DNA from: Candidatus Woesearchaeota archaeon
Lineage (GTDB): Archaea; Nanobdellota; Nanobdellia; Woesearchaeales; GW2011-AR4
Assembly (NCBI GenBank): GCA_018303625.1
Contig: JAGVXV010000003.1
Span: 1 to 57,082, forward strand
Length of the DNA stretch: 57,082 bases
Reading direction: 5' to 3'
In this document: positions 36,707-46,411 of the stretch, piece after piece
Position numbering within the stretch: position 1 is the first letter of the stretch
Layout: each line of letters begins with the position of its first letter
Notes under the pieces: generated by a model
The model's input: only the letters and a program-made list of their open reading frames with translations
Told to the model about the DNA's origin: nothing
Databases searched by the model: none
Position numbers and translations under genes: made by a program

Positions 36707-37438
36707 TTATTTTTTTGCTATAGCCCAAAAATGGTTAAAGTAAGATCTAAAGGAATCAGATACTTTCTTGCTTGTAATAAGAATGTTAAACATTGGCTTT
36801 TCCCAGATTGTAACTTGAATTTTACTATTGTAGATTAAAACTGTTACAGGGCTTATTAATTCTTTTGGAAGATATTTAAAAAAAGAGTTTTTGGATTTTT
36901 CTATTTTTCCCCTTAAATCTTCCCTTACCAGAACATTTTCTTTTTTTCTTTCTCTTTCAAGCCTTTTTAGGTATTGTTTGTATATTATCGGATAATTTTT
37001 TTGTGCCTGCCCCTGCTCTCCAAATACGAGAAAAATTCTTTCTTTGCTTTTGAATATGTCATTCAAAACTGCCTTCATCCCTTCTACTCCTTTATAAATA
37101 TCAACTTTAACTTCCTCTTCATAGGGCTGTTTCATTAAGGTTTGTAACGCAGGCAAAATTCCTTTCAACTTAAGTTCTTTTTCTTTCAATTCTTCTAAAA
37201 TCTTTTCAGGATTGGCAGCAGAATAGTATTTCACATTATTTTTTAATTTAAAGCTAACTAGACCTTTATTAATGAGTTTTTCAATGATATAATACACCAA
37301 TGTTCTTTCTATATTGGTTTCTTTTGATATTTTTGTAGCTGTTGTTTCTCCTATTTTTGCCAATGCTAAATATACTTGTGTTTCTTTTTCATCAAATCCA
37401 ATTTCTTCCAGTGTTTTCTTTATAGTTTCTATTTCCAT
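36707..37438 (-). CDS. TrmB-family transcriptional regulator
   Basis: IGFDEKETQVYLAL...RTLVY...KGLV; YKGVEG; FRSYFNHFW. Confidence 0.9.
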   Translation of the reverse strand: MEIETIKKTLEEIGFDEKETQVYLALAKIGETTATKISKETNIERTLVYYIIEKLINKGLVSFKLKNNVKYYSAANPEKILEELKEKELKLKGILPALQTLMKQPYEEEVKVDIYKGVEGMKAVLNDIFKSKERIFLVFGEQGQAQKNYPIIYKQYLKRLERERKKENVLVREDLRGKIEKSKNSFFKYLPKELISPVTVLIYNSKIQVTIWEKPMFNILITSKKVSDSFRSYFNHFWAIAKK

Positions 37439-37536
37439 ATCAGCAATGAATAATTAAATAGTATTTAAATATTGTGGAAAAAATTTTACAACATAAATTA
37501 TTAAAGTCTGAGAGTTATCTAAATCAAGTAATAAAA

Positions 37537-38619
37537 ATGTCAATCGAACCGTTTTCAGTTGAAAAAATATGGGTGCCCACGGATTTTACTGAGTTTGGAA
37601 AGCCAAAAGAAAATTTAGTGAATGTTGCAGGATGTGAAAACAGCCATACATCGGGAATTGTAATGAAAGTGCTTCAAGAATCTTTAGGCAGTAATCCTGC
37701 ATTGCTAATAGACCATTGGCAATCTCAAGACACAACTTTAAGGAAGAAATTGGCGGAATTGCACGATGTTGCGCTAGAACAAGTTTATCTGACTGCTGGA
37801 GCTCTTGCTGGAATTCAATATTCTTTTGGAATTTTTGTTAATGAAAATACAAATGTTGGCTTATTAAAGCCAGATTTTCCAGGCTTTGTTTATTTTTCTA
37901 AATGGAAGAAGGCTAATACACATTGGCTAAAAAATACAGAATTTCCATTTTATATTGGAAATAGGGATATTGCTGATTTTGTAAGAAAAAATATCGTAGA
38001 TTTTTTAATATTATCAAACCCAAGCGCTGTAATGGGCACTCAAAAAGAAACAAAAGAAATTGAGGATTTAGTTAAAGCTTCTCCCAATACGATTTTTATT
38101 GTTGATGAAGCAGACTCAATCCATCCTGATTCTTCCAGTGCGCACTTATCCAAATCTTATAATAATGCAATATTCTTGGGAAGCTTCTCTAAATTCTATG
38201 GCTTGTCTGGATTAAGGGTGGGTTATTTAATCACTCCAAAAAAATTTTCTGAGCATTTTGACAGAACAATAAGTCCAGCAGAATTAACAAGCCTTGCGAT
38301 ATTAGCTGCAACTCACGTTCTTGATGATAAGCAATATCAGCGGGAAACTCAGGAAAAGGTTAGAAAAAACTTATCCTCTTTGGAAAGTGCTTGTGAAGGT
38401 ATTCCTTATAGGGTTGTTCCCGGAAGCAGATGCTTTGCATCTTACTTATGGGCAGATGGAGGAGTTGAGGATCCGTATCAAACACTTCAAGGATACGGAA
38501 TTAAAATTTTAAAGGGCTCAAATTTTGGAATAGAAAGAGGAGGAAGAGTAAACTTAAGCAGTACTGAAAATATTGGTAAATTAACCGGTGCAGTTAAACA
38601 AATCTTTCCCACCAGATAG
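37537..38619 (+). CDS. PLP-dependent class I/II aminotransferase (HisC/CobD-like)
   Basis: SNP, VDEA, SFSKFYGLSGLRVGY. Confidence 0.85.
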   Translation: MSIEPFSVEKIWVPTDFTEFGKPKENLVNVAGCENSHTSGIVMKVLQESLGSNPALLIDHWQSQDTTLRKKLAELHDVALEQVYLTAGALAGIQYSFGIFVNENTNVGLLKPDFPGFVYFSKWKKANTHWLKNTEFPFYIGNRDIADFVRKNIVDFLILSNPSAVMGTQKETKEIEDLVKASPNTIFIVDEADSIHPDSSSAHLSKSYNNAIFLGSFSKFYGLSGLRVGYLITPKKFSEHFDRTISPAELTSLAILAATHVLDDKQYQRETQEKVRKNLSSLESACEGIPYRVVPGSRCFASYLWADGGVEDPYQTLQGYGIKILKGSNFGIERGGRVNLSSTENIGKLTGAVKQIFPTR

Positions 38620-38624
38620 GATTA

Positions 38625-39443
38625 CTACTTTTTCAAATTCCTGTCCAAAAATGCAACTGTTTTTTTCCATGCATCCTCTGTCTTTTCGGGATCATGCCCG
38701 GGGTTTGAGGGGTTTGCAAAGGCATGGCCTACACCCTCATAAATGTAAATCTCATTTTCAACACCAAGGTCATCAAGTGCAGCATCAAATTCATTCACCG
38801 AGGAGACAGGAATTCCAGTATCCTCTTCTCCAAACACGCCCAAAACAGGCCAATTTATATTTGACAATTTGCTTTCATTGGTTTCAAGGTTTCCGTAATA
38901 AATCACTGTCGCAGCCAAATCCTCGTTTAAAGAGAGCTGCAATGACATCCCGCCGCCAAAGCACCATCCCATCGAAGCAATATTGTCTTTTGAAACAAAG
39001 TCGCTTTCCCTTAAAAATGAGACTGCGCTTTTCAAATGCCATAGGGTCCTGTCCATATTGTTTCTTGCCTTGCTTGAATATCCCCTTGCCTCTTCCGGAG
39101 TTTCAGCAACTTTTCCATCAAACAAATCAACTGCCAAGACAACATAGCCCTGCCCTGCAAGCTCATGCGCCATGTTCTTTATATTCTGGTTTAAGCCCCA
39201 CCATTCATGTATCATAATGACTGCCGGAAATCTGCCTTCTCCAAGCGGCTTTACAAGATAATCTTTGAAATTATCGCCGTAAGTGACCCATTCTGCGTTC
39301 ATGGCTTCTTCAGGCTCGACAACAAGGACTTCGGTGCCGTGCTCATCGCCCTGCAAATCAGGAGGGACCTCAGGCTCAATCTGAGTGCATGCGGCAATAA
39401 GAAACAAAACGGATAAAATTATAAAACTATATTTCATCAACAT
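38625..39443 (-). CDS. Dienelactone hydrolase-family lipoprotein
   Basis: IHEWWGLN, GWCFGG, GHAFAN; IAAC lipobox. Confidence 0.93.
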   Translation of the reverse strand: MLMKYSFIILSVLFLIAACTQIEPEVPPDLQGDEHGTEVLVVEPEEAMNAEWVTYGDNFKDYLVKPLGEGRFPAVIMIHEWWGLNQNIKNMAHELAGQGYVVLAVDLFDGKVAETPEEARGYSSKARNNMDRTLWHLKSAVSFLRESDFVSKDNIASMGWCFGGGMSLQLSLNEDLAATVIYYGNLETNESKLSNINWPVLGVFGEEDTGIPVSSVNEFDAALDDLGVENEIYIYEGVGHAFANPSNPGHDPEKTEDAWKKTVAFLDRNLKK

Positions 39444-39511
39444 CAGCCCCCTTTTATTTGTTTTTAATAATTATTTTAACAAATTTTTATAATGTTTTTA
39501 AAATTTTTGGT

Positions 39512-40474
39512 TTAATCTCCGATGTACTTTGAAACCAGCGATTTTGCCCTTTCAGGGCTTTTTTCCTTTATTAAAACCCTGCCATCATTAAAAATTGCCA
39601 TATCCTCAAAAAACAAGCAAAAATCTGTTTCCTTTACCTTTCCGATTTTTTTTAATTTATTTTTAATTTCATTGAAATTTTTGTTTTTCAAATAAAACTG
39701 GTAATTATTGTTTCCACAGTATATTACTATACCTTTTTCTTTTTTCCCCTGCAAATACTCGTAAATTCCATTGCACACAGGGCATTTTTCATTTTTACTT
39801 ACTTTTATTTTTGTAATGTCATTATCCCAAATGTCAAATCTTATTAATTCCTGCTCAATTTTTTCATTTAAAATCAGCTTTAATGCCTGCGTGACAGCTA
39901 TGCTTGCAATTGCAGTTGATACAGTATTTATAATCCCTGCTGTGTCGCATGTTTCATCGCTTTCTGCCTCATTGAAAACGCACCTGAAGCAGGCTTTTTC
40001 CGGCAAAACTGCCATAACATTCCCATAACCCTTTACTGCAGCAGAATAAACCCATTTAATTCTGCTTTTTTTGCAGTAATCGTTGATTAAATATCTCGTA
40101 TAAAAGTTGTCGGTGCAGTCCAGGATAATGTCTGCAAAAAGCAGTTTGCTTATATTTTTGTGGTTTAAGTCAGAGACAAAAAAATCTATTTTAACATCGG
40201 AGTTTATTTTTTCCAGCTTCTTTGCAGCTGTTTCAGCCTTGAATTTTCCAATATCCTCTTCATTGTAAAGAGCCTGCCTCTGCAAATTGCTTTCTTCAAT
40301 GAAGTCCCTGTCTATCAAAATCAGCTTTCCAATGCCTGCCCTTGTTAATTGCTCGGCAGCAACAGTGCCTAAAGCCCCTAAGCCGACTATTGCAATTGAA
40401 GCCTTTCTTATTTTTTCCTGGCCTTTCCTGCCTATCTTATTGAATATTATTTGTCTTGAGTATTTGTTGTCCAT
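39512..40474 (-). CDS. ThiF/MoeB-family adenylyltransferase
   Basis: YSRQ, GLGALG, SNLQRQ, DCTDN, CFRC, CPVC. Confidence 0.93.
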   Translation of the reverse strand: MDNKYSRQIIFNKIGRKGQEKIRKASIAIVGLGALGTVAAEQLTRAGIGKLILIDRDFIEESNLQRQALYNEEDIGKFKAETAAKKLEKINSDVKIDFFVSDLNHKNISKLLFADIILDCTDNFYTRYLINDYCKKSRIKWVYSAAVKGYGNVMAVLPEKACFRCVFNEAESDETCDTAGIINTVSTAIASIAVTQALKLILNEKIEQELIRFDIWDNDITKIKVSKNEKCPVCNGIYEYLQGKKEKGIVIYCGNNNYQFYLKNKNFNEIKNKLKKIGKVKETDFCLFFEDMAIFNDGRVLIKEKSPERAKSLVSKYIGD

Positions 40475-40575
40475 ATAACTCCATCCCCTTTGGGTATAAT
40501 CCAGGCTTATTTAAATGTTTTTTGTGAGGGAAAGGAAATCACAAAATTTATATAACTTATTCATAAAATTTGATT

Positions 40576-41190
40576 ATGGAAGAACAGACTACATTGAAAC
40601 TGATGCTGGCATTTACCATTGGTTACCTGTCTGTATTTACAGTTTTGGCGCTTTTGAACAAAAATTACGAATTTTTATATTACACGATTGTTATGTCTAT
40701 AGCGCTTTTTGTTATAATATTATACCACAAAAAAGTGCATTTGTCATCCCATGTCATGGCAGGCTTAACCATTGTCGGGGCTATGCACATCTTTGGAGGG
40801 AATATTTACCTGAATGAGACAAGGTTGTACGACTTGTGGCTTGTTCCTAACTTGTTTAAATATGACAACTTTGTGCATTTCATAGGGACATTCACTGCGA
40901 CATTTATTGTGTATAGCTTGCTATACCCCCATTTAGACAAAAAATTAGAGCATAATAAAATATTATTGTCCATCCTACTGATTATGATTGCTTCAGGCTT
41001 TGGGGCATTCAATGAAGTCCTAGAGCTGGGCGCTGTTGCCTATTTGAATGCAGCCAAGCAGGTTGGCGATTATTTCAACAATGCATTTGACCTTCTGTTT
41101 AACATGCTTGGCTCGATAATTGCGTGCTTTTTTCTAATGCGCTACCATAAATATAAAAAATCTTATTCTGCCATTAAGCGGCAGGCATAA
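40576..41190 (+). CDS. DUF2238-like membrane protein
   Basis: HIFGG, YDNFVHF, NEVLE, DLLFN. Confidence 0.75.
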   Translation: MEEQTTLKLMLAFTIGYLSVFTVLALLNKNYEFLYYTIVMSIALFVIILYHKKVHLSSHVMAGLTIVGAMHIFGGNIYLNETRLYDLWLVPNLFKYDNFVHFIGTFTATFIVYSLLYPHLDKKLEHNKILLSILLIMIASGFGAFNEVLELGAVAYLNAAKQVGDYFNNAFDLLFNMLGSIIACFFLMRYHKYKKSYSAIKRQA

Positions 41191-41323
41191 TCCATTAAAT
41201 CCAGAACTCTTTTTTATAAGCAAAATCCCTTTTTTATATAATTCCTGACAGATTTTTATATAATTTATAAAAGATAGATTTAAATATAAGCTCTTCTTTT
41301 ACTGAGTTTAATGATACAACACT

Positions 41324-41425
41324 ATATGGCTAGGCAAGTGGAACCTACTTTTACATTTACACTTAGCCATATTATTATGTGTTGAGTCATCCTGAGCTTC
41401 TAACGATTTTTGACTCAATACATAA
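41324..41425 (+). ncRNA. Candidate structured RNA: two tandem long hairpins
   Basis: 41324-40 pairs with 41360-72 (4-nt bulge); 41375-89 pairs with 41411-25 (14 WC + 1 GU). Confidence 0.4.
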
Positions 41426-41458
41426 CTAAAATCTATAATATGCTCGAGGTGAAAAAAC

Positions 41459-41560
41459 ATGAAAAAGCAAAAACTATATGCGAAAGATGAAGATTACATA
41501 GAGAAGCTGCTGGACTCGGAAGCCAACAGAAATGTAGTTGAAGATTTGAGCCTGAAGTAA
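41459..41560 (+). CDS. Small 33-aa ORF
   Basis: RBS GAGGTG; MKKQKLYAKDEDYIEKLLDSEANRNVVEDLSLK. Confidence 0.5.
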   Translation: MKKQKLYAKDEDYIEKLLDSEANRNVVEDLSLK

Positions 41561-41664
41561 AATGCCCATCTTCAAGGCCCAAATCCGGTTTATTGTAACT
41601 GATTCACATAGCTATAATAGGCAAAAATATTTATATTGTTGCTAGTTCTGGTAGTTTTACTTAT

Positions 41665-41772
41665 GCGAGGGTGCCCAAGTGGCTAAGGGGCGCGGCTGCA
41701 ATTTATTGCTGAGCCCGCGTATTCATGGGTTCGAATGTTCCAAGATTGGATCCGAATGTCCCATCCCTCGCT
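41665..41772 (+). tRNA. tRNA-Cys(GCA) with two introns (37/38: 41702-41713; 59/60: 41736-41758)
   Basis: GCGAGGG/CCCTCGC acceptor, CGCGG/CCGCG, ATGGG/CCCAT, U73 discriminator; BHB-like structure at the T-loop. Confidence 0.9.
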
Positions 41773-41973
41773 TTTAATATCAAGTTCCATTGACAGCAGA
41801 AATGGCTTAAAACACAAAAAGGTGTATTAATTTAGTGATTTACAAAGTTATTTTTTCATTTTTTAAAAATTTTAATAAAAAAATAATAAAAAATTAAAAC
41901 ACAATCAAAAGCGCAATTATTTGTTAATGTATTTGTGAGCCTAATGTTAAAAATTAATCAATGCTAATAAAAA

Positions 41974-43332
41974 ATGGCCCTAAAAGTCTATAATACCCTG
42001 ACAAGGAAAAAAGAAATATTTAAACCACGTAAAGATAAAAATGTCAACTTTTTTTGTTGTGGAATTACACCATACGATTTTGCGCATATAGGGCATGCAA
42101 AAACCTATGTGCAGTTCGATGTTATTGTTAAGTATCTGAGATACAGCGGCTATGATGTTTTCTACCTGCAGAATGTTACTGATATAGATGACAAGATAAT
42201 ACAAAGGGCAAAAGAGAAAAATCAAAAACCAATGGAACTGGTAAGAAATTATGAAAAAGAATATCTTAAGGATATGGAAGCGTTGAGCATTAATTCTGTA
42301 AACAAGTTTGCAAGGGCAACAGAGCATATAAAGGAAATAATAAAGCAGGTCAAAACATTAATGGATAGGGGCTTTGCATACATCATAGAAAATGACGGGA
42401 TTTATTTCGACTTAAGCAAATTCCCTGAGTATGGGAAGCTCTCAGGAAGAAAGACAGAAGAGGCTGAAGATGCTGTAACAAGGATTGATGAAAGCGTGAA
42501 TAAAAGGAATAAAGGAGACTTTTGCCTTTGGAAAAAATCAAAAAAAGACGAGCCAAGCTGGAAAGACCCTTGGTTTAATAATGGCAGGCCCGGATGGCAT
42601 ATTGAGGATACTGCAATAAGCGAAAAATATTTCGGAAAGCAGTATGATGTGCATGGCGGCGCTCGCGACTTAATTTTCCCCCACCATGAGGCGGAGATTG
42701 CGCAGATGGAGGCAGCATCGGGAAAAAAGCCGTTTGTAAAGTACTGGCTGCATACAGGCTTCCTAAATGTAAAAGGCCAGAAGATGGCAAAGTCTTTGGG
42801 CAACTTTATCACAATAAGGGATGCCCTGAAAAAATACGATGCAAAAGCGCTGAGGCTTTTTTACATTTCAGCGCATTACAGAAGCCCGATTGATTTTTCC
42901 GAGGAATTATTGGAGCAGGCAAAAAACAGCCTGCAAAGGCTCAATGATTTTATTTTAAAATCAAAAAATAGCGAAGAAAAGGATGACTTAAAACTGATTG
43001 AAAAGGCAAAAAAAGAATTCATAAAATGCATGGATGACGATTTTGACACTGTAAAGGCATTGGCTGTTATTTTTGATTTTATAAGGGAGGCAAACAAAAA
43101 AGGGGCTGGCAAGAAGAGCTATGAATTAATGCTGGAATTTGATAAACTCTTCAATGTTTTAACCTTGGAAGAGACTGAATTAAGCCCAGAAATAAAAAAG
43201 CTGATTGATGAAAGGGAAAAGGCAAGAAAAGAAAAGGATTTTGGCAAAGCCGATAAAATAAGGCAGGAGTTAAGGAAAAAAGGCATTGTTCTTGAGGACA
43301 CTAAGGAAGGAGTTAGGTGGAAAAAAGCGTAA
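41974..43332 (+). CDS. cysS: Cysteine--tRNA ligase
   Basis: HIGH, GRPGWHIE, FPHHE, KMAKS. Confidence 0.97.
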   Translation: MALKVYNTLTRKKEIFKPRKDKNVNFFCCGITPYDFAHIGHAKTYVQFDVIVKYLRYSGYDVFYLQNVTDIDDKIIQRAKEKNQKPMELVRNYEKEYLKDMEALSINSVNKFARATEHIKEIIKQVKTLMDRGFAYIIENDGIYFDLSKFPEYGKLSGRKTEEAEDAVTRIDESVNKRNKGDFCLWKKSKKDEPSWKDPWFNNGRPGWHIEDTAISEKYFGKQYDVHGGARDLIFPHHEAEIAQMEAASGKKPFVKYWLHTGFLNVKGQKMAKSLGNFITIRDALKKYDAKALRLFYISAHYRSPIDFSEELLEQAKNSLQRLNDFILKSKNSEEKDDLKLIEKAKKEFIKCMDDDFDTVKALAVIFDFIREANKKGAGKKSYELMLEFDKLFNVLTLEETELSPEIKKLIDEREKARKEKDFGKADKIRQELRKKGIVLEDTKEGVRWKKA

Positions 43333-43403
43333 GTTTTATAAAAGCATTAACTATCCTATTTCCTAAAATTTATATAAATTATATAAAAATAAGGTTTGAG
43401 AGA

Positions 43404-43865
43404 ATGTTTCATTTAAGCGGTTATTTAGGGCTTACAGGAGGGAGTGTTGAATTAATTCAAGCTAGATTGAAGCAGGCTCAAGAAAATCCTTTAGAAAGCA
43501 GAGTATTACAAGAGGCCATGAACGGTTCTGCAAGGCATTATGTTGGCAGAGGTCAGGAAACAATAAATCGGCAAGTAGCAAGTGTAGAGACCGAAGGCAT
43601 TCACGCAACTATAGTCCCATTCGATTCAGATGATATTGTCTACATGAACCAATTTTTATGCGGAAGGAATGGCTGGAAAAGAGAGACAGTCCTAGAGGAC
43701 GGTGCTGATCACAGAGGCTTATTAGTGTTTAAATACGACCCTTCTCAAGTTAAATTGACTTTGGGCCAGGAAGTAATTAAGTGGGCGAGACATCACCATA
43801 GATATTGGGATGAAAAAGGAAGAGAGCCTCCTACATTCACGCCTTCATTATTTTCTGAGAAATAA
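43404..43865 (+). CDS. Hypothetical protein
   Basis: ORF after TATA-like TTTATATA; no recognised motif. Confidence 0.6.
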   Translation: MFHLSGYLGLTGGSVELIQARLKQAQENPLESRVLQEAMNGSARHYVGRGQETINRQVASVETEGIHATIVPFDSDDIVYMNQFLCGRNGWKRETVLEDGADHRGLLVFKYDPSQVKLTLGQEVIKWARHHHRYWDEKGREPPTFTPSLFSEK

Positions 43866-43924
43866 TTACTTATTTTTTTAATTAATTTTATACAACATTA
43901 TACCAAATTCTTTAAAATAAGAAT

Positions 43925-46339
43925 CTAAATCTCAATAACCGTCTCATAATCCATCTTGGACTCTTTCAGCAGCTTTTCAAAAACAATTTCCTCTGCATTT
44001 GTTACTGCAGCCAAATCATCTTTTATCTGCAGGAATTCCTCCTTGGCTATTTTGCCCTTTGCTATAATTTTTCTGACGGGCTTTTTCATTGATAAATTTT
44101 TCTCTGCTTTTGCCTTCCTTACATCCTGCAAGATTGAAATGAAAAAATCGCCGATTTTTTCCGCATCTTCGTCAATCATGCTGAAAGAGGGCCATTTTGA
44201 GATATGGACGCTTTTGCTTTTCTCAGATTTCCTGAAATATAACTGGTACAATTCTTCTGTTATGTGCGGCATTATAGGCGCCATGAGATTTATTATTGTT
44301 AATAGGGTATGGTATAACCCATATTGCGCGGACAATCTTGCTTCTTTTCCCCTTTTGTCGGCATTGTAAAGCCTGTCCTTGGCTATCTCAAGATAGTTGT
44401 CGCAAAAGATGTGCCAGAAGAATGTTTCTGTCTCAAGTTTTGTGTGGGAATATTCATAGTTCAGGATATTCTCTGTGGCAGTCTTCACAACTTTGCTGAG
44501 CTTTGACAAAATCCACCTGTCCATCGGCTCCAGTTTTGCAGGCTTTTGCCCTTTGTAATCGTCAAGGTGCATGAATGCAAATTTTGAGGCATTCCATATC
44601 TTTGTTGCGAACTTCTGCCCCGTAACCAAGTCTTTTTCCTGGAACGGCAAATCATCTCCAAGCCTTGAGCCTGCTGCCCAAAACCTTAATGAGTCAGCAG
44701 AGTACCTTGCAATCATCTCCCTTGGGTCAATCACATTTCCCTTGCTCTTGCTCATCTTTTTGCCGTGTGGGTCTAAAGCCCATCCTGAAATCATTGCATT
44801 GCGCCATGGAATTTCTTTGTGATGAAAATAGCTTTTCACAACTGTGTTAAACAGCCAGAATGTTATGATGTCATGCGCCTGAGGCCTTAGGCTCATTGGA
44901 AGCAGTCTTTTGTATATTTTTTTATCTTCAAACAATTCAACTGCAATGTCCGGAGTCAAAGAAGAGGTTGCCCATGTGTCAAGAACATCTTTTTCCCCAA
45001 CAAATTCATTCGAGCCGCATTTGCATTTTTTTAACGGCTTGTCAACCAATGGATCAATTGGCAGCTGCTTTTCATCCGCAACAACAACTTCATTGCATTT
45101 TTTGCAGTACCATACGGGAATCGGGATTCCAAAATGCCTCTGCCTTGAGATGTTCCAGTCCCATTTCAAACCCTTGATCCAGTTTTCATACCTTGCGCGC
45201 ATATGCTCAGGATACCATTTTATTTTTCTCCCGTATTCTATGAACTCATCTTTCAGGTCAAGGTACTTTATGAACCACTGGTCTGTTGTCAGGATTTCAA
45301 TATCTGTTTCGCACCTTTCATGGACATTGACAACGTGCTTTATCGGCTCGATTTTTGCAATTCTGTTTTCCTCTTCCAGCGCCTTTATTACAGCGTCCCT
45401 TGCCTTCTTCACGTGCAGCCCCTTGAATTGCCCTGCCTTTTCATTCAAAGTGCCGTCTTTGTTCATGATTTCAATCGGCTCTATCCTGAATTCCTCCATC
45501 CACTTGACATCATCCATGTCGCCGAAGGTGCAGTGGTAAACAATGCCTGAGCCGAATTCCATGTCAACATCCTTGTTTGCTGTGATTGTAACTTCCCTGC
45601 TTGAAAAAGGTATTTTTGCCTTTGCGCCAATGAGATGATTGTGCTTTTTGTCATCAGGATGAATATGAATTGCAACACAGGCTGGCAATAATTCCGGGCG
45701 AGTCGTTGCGATTGTTATTTGCTCCTTTAAGCTTGTGTCAAACTTCATGTAAACAAGTTTGCTTTCCCTTTCGCTGTCTTTCATCTCCACCTGCGCAATT
45801 GCAGTCTGGCATTCAGGGCACCACACAAAAGGGGCTCTTTTTTTGTAAATCCTTTTCATTTTGTATAATTCAATAAAAGAGCGCTGGGAAATTTTTTGGG
45901 AATGCTTGTTGATTGTTGAATAGAAAATATCAAAGTCTGCGCTTACTCCAATTCCCTTCCAATCCTGAACGAAGTCGTGCCTTATTTCTTCCACAGTCTG
46001 ATAACATAGCTTTACAAACTCCTGTCTGAGCATAAATTGCCCTTTAACATTCTTCATTTTTTCAATCATTCTTTCAGTGGCTAACCCGTTATCATCCACT
46101 CCAAACGGATAAAACACATTTTTTCCAAGCATCCTATGAAACCTTGCAATGAAGTCCTGCTGTGAATAGGAAAAAGAATGCCCGAGGTGCATCTTGCCGG
46201 AAACAGTAGGCGGCGGAGTGTCTATAGAATAAATTTCAGCCTTGCTTTCAGGGTCAAACTTATAGATTCCCTGCTCTTCCCAGAACTTCTGCCATTTCTG
46301 CTCAGATTCCTTTGCATCATAATGCTTTGGCAATTCCAT
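43925..46339 (-). CDS. valS: Valine--tRNA ligase (archaeal type)
   Basis: DTPPPTVSG, HLGH, WNISRQR, RPQAHDII, KMSKS. Confidence 0.97.
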   Translation of the reverse strand: MELPKHYDAKESEQKWQKFWEEQGIYKFDPESKAEIYSIDTPPPTVSGKMHLGHSFSYSQQDFIARFHRMLGKNVFYPFGVDDNGLATERMIEKMKNVKGQFMLRQEFVKLCYQTVEEIRHDFVQDWKGIGVSADFDIFYSTINKHSQKISQRSFIELYKMKRIYKKRAPFVWCPECQTAIAQVEMKDSERESKLVYMKFDTSLKEQITIATTRPELLPACVAIHIHPDDKKHNHLIGAKAKIPFSSREVTITANKDVDMEFGSGIVYHCTFGDMDDVKWMEEFRIEPIEIMNKDGTLNEKAGQFKGLHVKKARDAVIKALEEENRIAKIEPIKHVVNVHERCETDIEILTTDQWFIKYLDLKDEFIEYGRKIKWYPEHMRARYENWIKGLKWDWNISRQRHFGIPIPVWYCKKCNEVVVADEKQLPIDPLVDKPLKKCKCGSNEFVGEKDVLDTWATSSLTPDIAVELFEDKKIYKRLLPMSLRPQAHDIITFWLFNTVVKSYFHHKEIPWRNAMISGWALDPHGKKMSKSKGNVIDPREMIARYSADSLRFWAAGSRLGDDLPFQEKDLVTGQKFATKIWNASKFAFMHLDDYKGQKPAKLEPMDRWILSKLSKVVKTATENILNYEYSHTKLETETFFWHIFCDNYLEIAKDRLYNADKRGKEARLSAQYGLYHTLLTIINLMAPIMPHITEELYQLYFRKSEKSKSVHISKWPSFSMIDEDAEKIGDFFISILQDVRKAKAEKNLSMKKPVRKIIAKGKIAKEEFLQIKDDLAAVTNAEEIVFEKLLKESKMDYETVIEI

Positions 46340-46411
46340 AGCCTTTTGTTTTTCTCAGCTATTTATAAATTTTAAGGAAAATTTAATAAAATCACTGATA
46401 ATCCCCGGTTT

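Noticed and set aside
39512-40474. ThiF/MoeB as E1 enzyme for the GG-C proteins
   Set aside because: It is over 20 kb away and cytoplasmic. The GGC proteins show no beta-grasp domain and probably face outside, and no JAMM protease is present in the window.
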